The notes beneath the pieces were generated by a model, which had not been told where the DNA came from, searched no databases, and saw only the letters and a list, made by a program, of their open reading frames with translations. A program made the translations under genes and the position numbers. Shown here piece by piece: positions 1 through 12,533 of a stretch of 64,000 nt of DNA (positions are counted from its first letter, which is position 1; each line of letters opens with the position of its first letter). Source of the DNA: Heteronotia binoei (taxonomy: Eukaryota); assembly GCF_032191835.1 (NCBI RefSeq), contig NC_083230.1, positions 32,302,001 to 32,366,000 on the forward strand, in the 5' to 3' direction.

Positions 1-104
1 CCCTGATTGTATCTGGTTATGTGTGCCATAGTCCTACTTTTTTCACAAGTGCAACTGTTCCTCTTTCCAGGCCCTGGTCTCTATGCCCCAATCTGTGGCT
101 TAAA

Positions 105-1450
105 TCTGTGGGGAACTGAACCCAGTTTTCCAGATTATAGTCCATCACTCTTTTTTTTTTTTTGACAACAGCATAAACTTTATTTTAATTTTAAAGTTTG
201 GTTACAATATTCAAAGCTAATAATTATAGCAGAAATAGCTACAATTCTTGTTACAGTTATAATTACATATTCCTTTCAGAAATAAAAACAAAACAAAGGG
301 AAAAAAAGAAGAATAATTATTGCAGTCAATAATTAAAACGAAAGCACAATGGGTATTTCCATTATTGTTATCTATATTATTTTTTGTTTTAACCTTTCCA
401 AACTAGCTAAAGTAAAAGAGTTGACACTTAATGAACTGAGGGGAACGTGGAGCTAGCTGTTAAAGCGGCTAGCCCCGCCCCTCATATTGCGCGCCCAAAT
501 GGGCAACTTCTGACTCTTCCCTCCCAGGGAGGCAAACAGTGCAGAAGCAGCCTAGCAGCTACGCTGCAGGCTGCAAGCTTCTGAATAGGACTAAAAATAT
601 AACATCTTTCTATACAGCATTTGACGTGGCAAAATGTTTAGTTCAGATAAGTAAGTTATCACCGGGTACCATACAGCAATAAAAAATGTTTCATAATTTT
701 CCGTCAGAGGGGTTTGAGTCTGAACAGAAATCTTAGACATTATGAAATATTCCCACAGTCTTTGTTGCCAAGCTAGGATAGAAGGGGGATTTTTATCAAT
801 CCAGTGCGCTGCCAGGATGGTGCATGCAGCAGATGTTAATATATGTACTCGTTCTGAATTTGTCTAATTTTTTCCAGGGTCAGTCCATTTGCCAAGAAGG
901 AAGACTTCAGGTTTTAAAGGTAAGTTTGTACTTGTAATAAGTGCTATATGTTGAATGATGTTTTCCCAGAAGTTCTGTATGTGCTTGCATATCCACCAGC
1001 AATGAAAATAGTTGCCTATTTCCTCACATTGTTTTATACAGTTTGAACTTATGCTATTGTGCATGTGGTGAAGTATTATTGGAGGTAAGTACCAACGCAT
1101 TAGCAGCTTATAGGACTGTAGCCTAATGGTGGAAATTTTAGAGGTATAAGATGGGGAAGACCATATTTCTTTCCAGCCGTCAGAAAATTTTGTGTTACAA
1201 TCAGTTTGCCATAATATTTGATATTTTAAGGAAGGGATATGGTCTAAGTTGAGCAAAACTTTACGCAATCTAGATATGAGTTTAGAATCATCAGCAGCTA
1301 GTGTATGTAATATATTTTCAAACTCTGTTTGAGGTCTGGCTAGGGCATTCTGTGTTAGCGGTATGGAGAAAAAACTTCTGATTTGAAAATAATGTAGCCA
1401 AAATAACTTAAAGTCCATCACTCTTAACCACTACACCAAACTGGCTCTCT
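105..1450 (-). mobile_element. tRNA-derived SINE head split by the L1 insertion
   Basis: Joining 105-152 to 1426-1450 restores ...CAGATTATAGTCCATCACTCTTAACCACTACACCAAACTGGCTCT, the reverse complement of the SINE head seen at 11600-11630 and 50432-50460. Confidence 0.65.
153..1411 (-). mobile_element. 5'-truncated LINE-1 (ORF2 C-terminal Cys-rich region, 3' UTR, poly(A))
   Basis: ORF 864-1421(-) has L1 ORF2 C-terminal motifs (YKLLMRWY...CIKQCEEIGNYFHCWWICKHIQNFW). AATAAA and poly(A) on the minus strand (T-run 151-163). 14-bp TSD AGTCCATCACTCTT at 139-152 and 1412-1425. The minus-strand target reads TT/AAGA, matching the L1 endonuclease consensus. Confidence 0.9.
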
Positions 1451-4044
1451 CTGGAAAGCTGGCAAGGACAAGTGGGTAGTTAAATGGAGACACACACCCC
1501 GCCCCCCATTTGAGTTAAAGAAAAGGAATAGATTCTCTAGTGAGAGGAGAATTTTCCTACCCAGACAAACAGGGAGTCAGCTCTGAAGAGTGCAAAGATT
1601 CCTGGTCTGGTGTGGTATGGTTAGGAACTGCCTTAAGAGCTTAAGACCTTAAGAGCCAGTTAAAAACTCAAGAACAGTACTGGTGTTTGGATGCTAGGAA
1701 AAGTGTACTAGCATTCTGGAAACCAAAATAATCAGAGAATACAGAAAGAAAGTGTACAAGGGGAAACACTGGAAGAAAAGCTTCTCAACATAAAAATTTA
1801 AGTAATTATGAATGGCGTAAAAAACTCTTAATTACATTGAAACATAAGAACTAAAATCTGTGTATGTACTGATTTTATCTCAGAGTTATCCATACTGAGT
1901 TAGCTCAGGAATTTTACCCCTTATTTCACATGACTTTCCTCTCTATGTAAAATAAAATATTTTATTATTTCTGAATTTCAAAATGTCCCAAGAGCCATTT
2001 AAGCTGTTTAAGTTAAAGGGAGCTGCTGATTCTTTCCCAGGTTACTGGGCTGAGCCAACAGCCAAATTATGGTATTCTGTCAGAGTGAGACAGCCAAAGT
2101 TCTTCAGCAAAGAAGAAAACACATTATTAGGACAGCTCATTCAGTTAAGGGAAAGAGAAACAGAGAGAAAATCTTGCCTCTGATGGAGGGAAGTGGAGGT
2201 GGGGGTTCCATACCAAGTCAATAGACTACCATCAGCAAGAGACCAATTTCACACCAGAGCTTTAATCCTGGTTTAACTCTGTCCCCAAACTGACTTTCTA
2301 CACTAAAACCATAGAATCATAGAGACATAAAGTTGGTTTCTCTGATTCTATGCACTTTCTCTAAGAAACTACATAACCCTTTGTGTTTATTTTTGTGCCA
2401 CAAAAATACAGCAGAAAGTTTTCCAGTGCACTGCAAATGTTATACAATCCCCTACACACAAACACACAGATGGGCTTGACATACACAGAAAAATTCAAGC
2501 TTCAATGTTTCTCTCTTTTGAGGCATACCTTTCTTTTTAGGCACACCTTTCTTCAAAACCTAGAGGAGCAAATGGGGAATAATGAAAGAAATCAGTTGTG
2601 TACTTGCCTGAGACATTCAAAATCAATGGTAGTAACTTCATCAGTAGAGAAGTATTCATGGGGGAAGTATTATAAATGGTAATCTTAGAATGTTTGTTGT
2701 GTTATGATACCAGTAGGTGTAGCCAGTGATAAAGAGATAAAAACCAAAGCATCTATCTCAAAGGTACAGTCATGCTGTGGAGAGAAATAATTTCTTCCTG
2801 TTGGAAAGGACCTGGATTTGTCTATGATCAATATATAGAAATGCCAAAACTGAAATGAGGTGTTTGTTGTAATGATAGTATCAATTAGCCCCTGCCAACT
2901 CCCTCTAATTTCACTAATACAGAGCATGCTCCCAAGGGTCACAGACTGATATTACAAATATATACCGAGCAGTTGTGATGAACACTACTTGCATTCTCCA
3001 TTACAAGGGAAGTCCAACATCAAAGTTAACTACGAAAACATCTAGATAGGGGGAGTATAGTTTCTAAGATCAAAGTGTACCTCTTTAATAACCTTGGGCA
3101 ATCTTACATCCCCCAAATCATAACATCAAACTGAGGTGTGAACAGAGTGTGTTAGGTGCAAACTGAATCCACTCATTGTTTTTAAATGTTCTCTTGGCGA
3201 TTTATTGTTATCAATTAAGTTGCACCTTCATGCTATGGAAAAGGCTACACTTTTTATTGTTAAAATTTAGAATTTTATAGTAAAACTTGCATATTTTGTG
3301 CCAAAGTGTGTATATTTAACAGACACATCTTGCATATTCATAGCTGATTATCCAAAACTTCATATATAAAACAAACTTCAATGTATAATTTATTTTACTG
3401 AGATATGGTGAATACTATATTTCATACAAGGCAATTTTATTTATTCACTGCAGTGTATATCTAGTTCTGTTGCACAGGCTTATTGGTAGGGTGAAAGTAT
3501 GCTAAATGAACATATTTGTCTAGAGTTATAATTAAATTATGAAGCCAGAATAAATGCAATGTGAAAATGGGCACAGGAACACCCAACATTACTGCATGAC
3601 AGCCCTTTGCTGGAGAGTAAAAAATTGGTGTGCGGAAGGTCAGGACTGAACCTGCCCCACATCTGACCTCTATATGATCATTTTTGTGCTGGGGACTACA
3701 CATGCATGTGGATGTGCATAAGCTCTGAATGCCAAGATGGTGTACAATGTCACAGTCCAAATGGAGCTAAAGAAACTGTTCTGGTTCCCAGTTGACCCTG
3801 GCCATAAAATTATGAAGAATGGAGCAACCTCCCCTGTAACTCGTTTTAGCAGGAAACCAGGTTTGTTATAGCTTCAATGAGTGCGTAATCCTTTGGATGA
3901 ACTACTGTTTGATTTGTTAGTATGTCCATCTGTCATTTAAACCTAAATCCAGAATCCAACTGTGGGGTAAGGCCATTGAAAGTCTTCTGCTGCATTGTTA
4001 CATATAGATGCAGTGATCAGGAAAGCATTAATTATCCACCTCTT

Positions 4045-4730
4045 TTGACTCAGCCTTCCTGTCAGACTCGGTTCATTGATACTCTTCTTGAATACTGATC
4101 ACTAACCATACTGATTAATAAAGATATATGTTTACTAACTCATATTAGTATAGTAGTAGAAGGGGGGCCAAGTAGAGGCTAGCCCAAGAGTAGCTTCCTA
4201 GGAATATCAAAGGTTGTTAGCCAGTCTTTGAAGTAGAAAGTGCCTGGCCGATTCTCACCACCCTAGAGGCAGCAAGGACATTGCCGCCGGGAAATGTAAC
4301 CACCAACTTTAGGAGATAAGGGGAAGCCGTGTGAAATGTCTCACATGCAAAGACAGCCTTTGTTTTGGGAATTGGGGGTAGATGTGAATGCTTTGATGTA
4401 TAATGTTAAATACCAATGACTCGAACTGCTAGCCATCAGTTCCAGTGTCTTTCATGCTGAAGTAACTTTGGAGAATACAATAAACGCAACTTTGTTTCAA
4501 ATAACTGTCTGCTCATTTTGGGAACTTCAATGAACCTTCGCTGACACTTCCATCCTTCCGAGGTCGGTAAAATGAATACCAAGCTTGCAGGGTGGGGGGG
4601 AGTGTAAAAGACTGGGAAGGGCAATGGCAAACCACCCTATAAAAAGTCTGCTGTGAAAACGTGGTGAAAGCAATGTTACCCCAGAGTCAGAAATGACTGG
4701 TGCTTGCACAGGGGACCTTTCCTTTTTCCT
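4045..4730 (+). mobile_element. 5'-truncated Sauria SINE interrupted by the solo LTR
   Basis: TTGACTCAGCCTTCC | ATCCTTCCGAGGTCGGTAAAATGA...GGCAATGGCAAACCACC...GGTGCTTGCACAGGGGAC matches the Sauria SINE body and BovB-like tail. Confidence 0.85.
4060..4546 (+). mobile_element. Solo LTR (487 bp) inserted in a Sauria SINE
   Basis: Perfect termini TGTCAG...CTGACA. 5-bp TSD CTTCC (4055-4059 and 4547-4551). AATAAA near 4480. Confidence 0.85.
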
Positions 4731-5296
4731 TTTTTGTGAGAAAACCAGCTATTTGAGTGCTTAAGTGGCACAGATTTAATAAAACACAAACATACCTGAT
4801 TGCACACTATAAAACATACAGCAGTCCTCGATAAACATGAGCACTGAAGGACAAGGATTGCATGAGATACAGAGGAATTTCATCCTTTCAGAACTTTATG
4901 GCCCTTCCCTTACTAAGGATTAGGCCATATGTGTGCACTGATACAACTACATGGGCTTCCTGTGCAATTCCAGTAATTCAAATTATCCTCGGTATAGCAA
5001 CCTCCCCCCCCCCCCCGCCCCCAGTGGTAAAGTTGAAATTGCTACACAGAAACATTTTGCCATGTGGAGTTGTGTCCAGGCAGTTGTATTCTATCCATCT
5101 CATGAGATGTACATATGCAGCTGGAGTGGCACACAGTTATATTTATTTATTTAATTCATTTTCAGCCCATCTTTCTTGCTGAGACTCAGAGTGGGTACAA
5201 AATATAAAAACAATGCAAGTAGGCAGCATAAGATATCCAATGCACAACCCAATAAGACTAGGATCACAAAATTAGAAGACAATGCAGACGCACAGT

Positions 5297-5324
<28 letters not shown>
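5297..5324. repeat. (CA)n microsatellite
   Basis: Direct reading of the sequence. Confidence 0.95.
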
Positions 5325-5331
<7 letters not shown>

Positions 5332-7041
5332 GACACACCTTGCCAAATGCAACGCAGTAAATGAATTACCAAAGCAGACGGCAGGGCAGTAAAACCAATA
5401 TAATACATGCACAGTGCAATAGACTACTGGACCATTCCATTATACTACAGCCCGATTTCTTTCATAAAAATGCTTTCCTCCTTCCAGAACATCTTTGTTT
5501 TGCTCATTCTGCAGAATGATATAAGTGACCTCCTCAGGCAGGTCACTCCATAAAGTGGAGACCACATCAGAAACCTCACATATGGACCCTGTTGTTTTTA
5601 CCCATTTGGAGGATGACACCTTCAGAAAGCTTTGATCGTATCAGCAAAGCTCTTGCAGTAGAACACAGCAGATGTGACCTTGCAGATGCATGAGTCCAAA
5701 GTTTGAAGTGACTGAAAAACAGGTGCAATACACCTCTTTGCCTATCTGCCAATAATAACCAAGTGGTGGTATTTGGTACCAGCTAGAGTTTCCAAGCTGA
5801 ATTTAAGGGCAGAATTAGCCCTTAAAAAAATAGCCCCAGAGCACAATAATTTATGCAGTAGCTCACAACTTTAATGCCAGTAGCTCACAAAGTAGAATTT
5901 GTGCTCACAAGATTCTGCAGCTTAGAGGGAACATTGGTCCCCATTTGCATATTCTATTAGCCAAATCGGAGGATAATTAAATCTGGTGATTGGAGCTGTG
6001 AAGGGGGCAGCTAGATCTATCTACAGACCTGAAAAAAAGCCTCAGGTTTGAAAAAATTGTGAAATCTAAAAACTAAAACATGCCTGTGGGGGTTTAAGAA
6101 GGCCCCCAAATAATAAAAGGATCACCTGTAGCTTTAAGAAACAGATTCTTTCTGTGGCTGCTTCTAAGCAACCACAGCGTTGCTTTTTCTGAGTAAAAGG
6201 CAAGGTGAGGTCCTTTCTAGGGCTGTTTGTCCCTTGAGGGAGAGTCATCAGAGCCAAGCCCGGGCCTGGCAATAACTGATACTACCTGACTTGCATGACT
6301 CAAGTAGGTCTGGCTGTTTTCTATTGTTCAACAGTAGCCATTCCACAAAAGTCAGGATGGTGTAGCTCATTTTTTTGGCCAGTTACATACTTTGGGTCTA
6401 AGCTACCTCTCAGGGTTGTGAGGATAAGGAGGAGAGGACAATAATAATTCTGCTTTGGCTGCCACAGTGGAGAAGAGTGGAGTATAGATGAAGTAAATAA
6501 ATAATAAATACAACTGAAGATGGAAGGCACCTATCTTTTATCTGTGAAGGAGAGAATGAGGCAGTGAAAAGGGAGCAGATATGGAAATTGCCAGGAGGAC
6601 GAAAGAGGAATTAGTGGGGAGTTGGGAAACAGATGAAAGTGAGGTGTCCCTTCCAAGTCCTTGAGGGTTCTTTGCCATGCAATTGAGTCTGGCCCATTAC
6701 ACCACGCAACTGGGCCATAGTTTTCCTAGGCAGAGATTGCTGGGGTATGGAGGGAAAGCTGGAGACAGAGGCAGATAAATGTAGGGTGGCTGTTGGGAAG
6801 GAGAGGAAGTGGGAAATTAGATGGGTCCCACAAGGGTTCCTGCTTGTATATTCTAATAGCCAACCCTTACTTAAATATGGAAACTAGAGTCATGACAAGA
6901 CAAGACTGATCTTCTAATAAACCTGAAAAATGCCTGAAAAGTGGTTGTATTAACCAAATGATCAAAGTGAGTGACTGCAGCTTTAATAAAAGGATGCTCT
7001 CAAAGGCTGTTGGTAGACACCCACAACAGTTTTGCCAGCAT

Positions 7042-7251
7042 TCCACAGACAAAACGTTCCCGTGGGTTTGGGTTTGTGATCTATTCTTGCCAGGAGGAGG
7101 CAAATGCTGTACTGGCAGCTGCACCACATAAGGTGCGTGGTGGGACTACAGAAAGCAGTTCCTAGGGGAAGGTTCTGTGAAGCCTGGTGCCCACTTGACA
7201 AGAGGGAGAAGATGCAGACTACTACTGCAAAGAAATCGTGTATGCAGTTCA
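7042..7251 (+). pseudogene. Isolated 210-bp copy of the hnRNP A3-like RRM 3' half plus downstream sequence of the LTR element
   Basis: Essentially identical to 14578-14795 except for an 8-nt deletion and about one substitution near 7134. Translates [31 protein letters not shown]...KPGAHLT. Confidence 0.9.
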
Positions 7252-8339
7252 TTCCATTCAGTCATTAAAAGGCAAAGGAAGGACACAGGGTCTTATCCAG
7301 GACTGTTCTGTCATTTGAGGAAGGTCTTATTGGTGCTTGGGTCAGCAGCAACCATTGAACAATTTCTACCACCCAAGTTGCATGATTTACCCAGGCAACA
7401 ACCCCTCAAAAGCCAATTCAATGTAGTAGTTATAGTTTTGGACTAGGAACTGAGAGATGATGACTCTTATGAAAGAGAAAGACTGCAGACACACTAAAGG
7501 CTTGGTACAATCTGGCCACACCTCTATTTGTAGTAGTTTAAATAGCTGTGGAAGTTTTGATCAGACATCCCACCCTAAACCAGCTTCCATGTGCACTTTC
7601 CCCATGGTCAATCATTCAGATTGTTGCAGCATCCTTTTTTTGGGGAGGGGGGGGTCTGTCACCCATGCACACAAGAGTGTATCTGAAGCTCCAGTTCTTT
7701 GTTGACAGCTCCACAATCCTTCTGCCAAGTACTTCAGCCTCTCTCAGCCTCCTTCCCTTCTCTTCCTTGGAATACATGGGGGAGTGCAGATTCACATAAG
7801 AGTAGTCCCATTGACTTCTGTACATTTACCTTTGTGTCAATCATAGAATGCCCACAAACAGAAACTCTGATGCAGAACAGGAGAAAGGGGCTGGGGGGAT
7901 TTGTTGTTCAAAAACAGCTCCCTTGGGGACTCCTGATCCAGAATGACTACTTGGCTGTGGTGATTGACAGCACCAGGGGCAATTATGCACTTATGCACAC
8001 ATCACTGTCAGTAACTTGTTTTTGCCACAGTTGTATGCACCACTTGTGCCAAATGCTCCTTTATAGCTCTGTTTTTTGCACTAGGCCTATGTATTGTCTT
8101 TGGAATGATATCATAAGTACTCTTTCTACCCTGGCTGCAGAAGGGCCTCTCTGTAGGCTAAAACACATTCTTCAGTGCAGCTGTGAAGGCCATTCATTAT
8201 CTGTACAGCCAGAGACAATAACTTTCAGTTCTTCTGCACACAGTCTTGAACTGGTATGTGTTTGGGGGCACCTTTCTGAGAATACCTTTTGAATTTTCTT
8301 CCCACACTAGCTTCGCACATAGTTTGCTTATGTGATAAG

Positions 8340-8488
8340 TGGCTGGGGCAAGGTATAAATGTATGGCTTGGACCTGGTGCATCAGTTCTAACAAGGAACA
8401 CCTTGACTGTGAACATGATGCTTATTTAAATAAAGCCTAATTTGAATTACATCAAAGAGAGTTAATGAGAACTGTGCAGAACTTGACC
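8340..8488 (+). mobile_element. Probable 3' part of a degraded LTR (left boundary not resolved)
   Basis: TATAAA near 8354, AATAAA near 8429, and the terminus ACTGTGCAGAACTTGAC shared with the solo LTR at 46109-46563. Confidence 0.4.
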
Positions 8489-8743
8489 ATCGCTACTTGA
8501 TCCAAAAGAGGGGGGGAAAGGAGGCAGGAACTAAAGAGAAGGTTCAGACTTCCAAAATGGCTTGACTTTGCAAGAGGAGAGTTCAGGCATCCAGAAACAT
8601 GGGATGAATGCGTGGGAATCAGTAAGCGCAGAACTTCCTCTGGTGGCTATTTACTCCATATCCAACTCATCTTACCATGAGGTGAGGATGACTGGGGAAC
8701 GGCTGCCAGATGAGGCTGTGTGAACATACCCATTTAATCCACT

Positions 8744-9352
8744 TTGTTGTTGTTGTTCAGTCGCACAGTCGAATCTGACTCTTTGCGACCCCATGGACAA
8801 AGCCCTCCCATCTTCCACCATCCTCTGAAGTCTGCTCAAATTTGTGTTAGTTACATCAGTAACACTTTCCAGCCATCTCATCTTTTGCCATCTCCTTCTT
8901 CTTTTGCCTTCTGTCTTTCCCAGCATCAGGATCTTCTCCAGGGAGTGCTCCCTTCTCATTTGGTGGCCAAAGTATTTGAGCTTCAGCTTCAGCATCTGAC
9001 CTTCCAGGGAACAGTCTGGGTTGATTTCCCTTAAGACTGACTGATTTGATCTTCTTGCAGTCCAGCACCACAGCTCAAAAGCATCTATTCTTCTGCGCCC
9101 AGCTTTCCTTATGGTCCAGCTCTCACAGCCATACATTACTACTGGGAATACCATCGCTTTGACTATACAGACTTTTGTTGGCAGGGTGATGTCTCTACTT
9201 TTTATTATACTGCCCAGGTTTGCCATAGCTGTCCTCCCAAGGAGCAAACATCTTTTAATTTCATGGCTACAGTCACCATCTGCAGTAATCCTGGATCCCA
9301 GAAATGTGAAGTCTGTCACTACTTCCATGTCTTCCCCTTCTATTTGCCAAGG
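8744..9352 (-). mobile_element. 5'-truncated RTE/BovB LINE
   Basis: ORF 8672-9376(-) gives BovB RT C-terminal motifs (DFTFLGSRITADGDCSHEIKR, VMYGCESWT, KLKLKYFGH). (CAA)n tail. 12-bp TSD ATTTAATCCACT at 8732-8743 and 9353-9364. Confidence 0.95.
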
Positions 9353-11346
9353 ATTTAATCCACTAGGGACCAGCAACTATATCAGACAAAACTGTCCATC
9401 TGACTGCAGCCAAAGAGGACTTCGTGAAGGAGGGGAAAATAAGGTCCCTCGTTTTTAAAAATATATCAAACATTTCTACCCTGCCCTTCTGGGGTGAGAG
9501 AGTTCACTACAATGACTAAAATTAAATCTAGTTAGACGAAACCAAGAAATAGGTACTTATAAGCAAAGAAAGTCTAAATATACAAACCTATAGGAAACTT
9601 TGGACAAAAAGGGCCTTCAGCCACTTTAAAATGGCTGATGAACATGGTGGGGAACAGGTTGAAAATGTTTGTTTTATGGGTGGCAAATTATTATTTCAAA
9701 TGCCACATAAAGTAACGTCAAGGCAGTGGCAATTTAGTGAGCTTAATAGCATGCAAAATATACCTACAGTTTCATGAAGAAAGACTGACACGTCTTCTTT
9801 AATTGCAGAGCTGCCACTATGAAATTATTAACAATAATGGCATTTGGTAGCTAAACAGTCACAGGGGATATTTACTTTTTATTTTTAAAAAATGGATGCT
9901 TAGGGCTCAATTAGGTAAAAATGGCTCATGCCTCATACCCATATTCAGTAAGTCAATTAACAGAGATTTTGACATGAAAAATTGCTCCTGGACTCAATGC
10001 TTTAATCTGCTTTTTGAAACCATGTGGGGAGGGGAAAAAGAGAGAAAGGACAACAAAAGCGATGACCAAACTATTTCCATCCGAAGAGCATGGCCTGTTT
10101 GTGGAAATAGAGGTGTTTTAAAAGAACAGAAACCAATCTAATTGTGCAGGGGCTTTTTAGCTGAATATTTCTGTGCTTTAGTGGCATTTCCCTCAAGTTT
10201 CTGTGTCATACATATTGGTTCTGTTCAAACTACGGTTCTCATTTCTACACAAACAAATTTATTTATTTTATTCCTCTTTTATACCACCCTCCCTGCCGTG
10301 GCGGGCTCAGGGTGACTCACACAGAAATGCATATGCACGATTCAACATAATAGTACAGCGCTAAAACCATAAAACATAGAATAAAATAGACATAAAATAC
10401 ATAAAAAATGTTTCGGTGCCATGATCTTACGTTTTCCAAGGACTGATCTTGTTCTTTTGATTCATCTGAACAAGATGAACATTCATCTGAACATTCATCT
10501 CACTTATTTAAAAGTAAAAAGGTCACTAAACTCCTGAGGGAGGCCAATATAAAAATCCAATGCTATTGTCTCTTGTGGTGGTGGTGGTGGAGAATGAACC
10601 TCTTGCCAGAGCAGGAAAAACAGCCCTGCATAGTTTGATGCCTGAGGCAGGAAATCCAGATGGCAATCCCCATGGTGGAAAAATTTTAACAATAAATGAA
10701 ACACCTTACCAATTACTTCCCCTTTAATGGTACCCTAAGACCTGCTCAGGCAACTGTACTATTTTGGAAAGTGAGCTGGTGTCCTCAGGCAGGTCACCAC
10801 ACTCTATATAATAGTGCAGTTGATGCTTCACCAAGGATCCCAGAATTAAGTTGCAATTATGGTAGTCAACTATAGCTTGGAAAATTGCAGGAGATAGTCC
10901 TCAAACCTGGGAAAGTCAGGGTTTGGTGAGGGGAAGGATCGGAGCAGCATATAATGGCATAGAGTACACCCCCCAAAATGCCCCCCCCCCCCCGGAACTG
11001 ATCTGTATAATCTGGAGTTCAACTGAGATTCTGAGAGAGCTCCAGGGCCCACCTGGAGGTTATCAAACCAAAAAAGAAGGCTATGTAACAAACACTGAAA
11101 AGAAAACAAACCCCAACCGGGCACACAACCTATAGTGCTGCAATTTCTTATAAAATACTCATGTCTCAGTCTTTACAGATAATTTTAATCCATCGTGCTG
11201 CCTCAGTGGAATGTTTAGAATATTGCATGAAAAACACTTGCTTCATAGCGAAAGAATTCTTAAGGGCACATACAGATTGGTACACATTTCACAGTTGCCC
11301 CATAAAGTTTCTGAGGCTGATGCCTTTAGTCCAAAAGAATCCAACA

Positions 11347-11630
11347 AAAGAAGAAGAAGAAGAAGAAGAAGATATTGGATTTATATCCCGCCCTCCACTC
11401 CGAAGAGTCTCAGAGCGGCTCACAATCTCCTTTACCTTCCTCCCCCACAACAGACACCCTGTGAGGTGGGTGGGGCTGAGAGGGCTCTCACAGCAGCTGC
11501 CCTTTCAAGGACAACCTCTGCCAGAGCTATGGCTGACCCAAGGCCATTCCAGCAGGTGCAAGTGGAGGAGTGGGGAATCAAACCCGGTTCTCCCAGATAA
11601 GAGTCCGCACACTTAACCACTACACCAAAC
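11347..11630 (-). mobile_element. tRNA-derived SINE with L2-like tail (Squam3-like), near full length
   Basis: Minus strand GTTTGGTGTAGTGGTTAAG A-box head, GGTTTGATTCCCC B-box and (TTC)n tail. Similar copies at 20292, 28742, 48862 and 50432. Confidence 0.85.
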
Positions 11631-12533
11631 AAAGTCCCTTATGTGGAGGTCTAGGGTTAGGGTTAGAGTAGGGACTGCATATATCAGGGGTGTCAAACTC
11701 ATTTGTTACGAGGGCCAGATCTGACATAAATGAGACTTTGGCGGGCCGGGCGATGTCGGGTCGGGCCGTGTGTGTTCCTATTTAAGATTAGGTAGCAGAG
11801 ATATAAACGTTACAAAGGACACAAAAACAAGATTTAAAAAAAAAAAAAATTAAAATAAAACACGATTATTACATTAACACTTGGTTTTAAAAGTGCTTTC
11901 TTTGTATCTCTCCTGTGTGATCCAGGGAACTAGGCAAAGGAAGCTCTGGCTCTTTCCTTCCTTCTCCAGGGGAGGAGGGGGAGGAGCCTTAGCCAATAGA
12001 AGGAAGAGAAGCTTGGCTCAGTAGCTCTGCTGTATGATTGAGAGAGCCTGGCAAAGCAAGCTATTCCTCCCCCCTTCCTCCTCAAGGGAGGAGACTCAGC
12101 CAATGGAGAAAATAGAGGCTTTGCTCTGTAGCTCCTGTGTGACTGAGCAAGCCTTGTAAAGCAAGCTGTTATGCAAAAGGGAGCAAGAGAGAGGGAGAAG
12201 GAAACAGATGGCAGCCAGTTGCTGGGGGGCCTGATAGGAGCTCTCCAGGGGCCTAGTATGGCCCCTGGACTGCATGTTTGACACTCCTGGTATAGATAGG
12301 GCATTTGTTTATTTTCCCTTCACCCTTTTACTGGTTAATGCAGCTTGTTAATTTATATTGCACTGAATAAACCTTTTTGCTGTTGTTCTTCACTCTGCCT
12401 GGTCCTCACGTCTATTATTTGGCCTAAGCTACAGGAGGCCTGAAGGGCTTGGGAGGGAACTCTGGACCTTCTCAAGGGGAACCCTTAACCCAGAGTAGTG
12501 GCAGCAATTGGTAATACCCCCTGAGTCATGATA
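11631..12533 (+). repeat. 5' LTR (first ~250 bp missing, interrupted by a hAT MITE)
   Basis: 12298-12520 aligns with about 15345-15570 (about 12 mismatches in ~190 nt by eye). 11631-11684 matches the 3' LTR segment near 15287-15337. Ends TCATGATA, the inverse of the 3' LTR start TATCATGA. Confidence 0.8.
11685..12289. mobile_element. hAT-type non-autonomous DNA transposon (605 bp) inserted in the 5' LTR
   Basis: TIRs CAGGGGTGTCAAAC / GTTTGACACTCCTG. 8-bp TSD GCATATAT / GTATAGAT. The uninterrupted 3' LTR has a single GTATAGAT at the homologous site. Confidence 0.9.

Noticed and set aside
3670-3860. Ig-like GDYTC motif and a short open frame suggesting an exon
   Set aside because: In-frame stops close on both sides, and no coherent Ig fold or splice-site pair.
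11652-11667. Interstitial telomere insertion at the LTR truncation
   Set aside because: Only about two TTAGGG units, and the homologous 3' LTR site already has a similar G-rich motif. Kept only as a possible RRM-binding motif.
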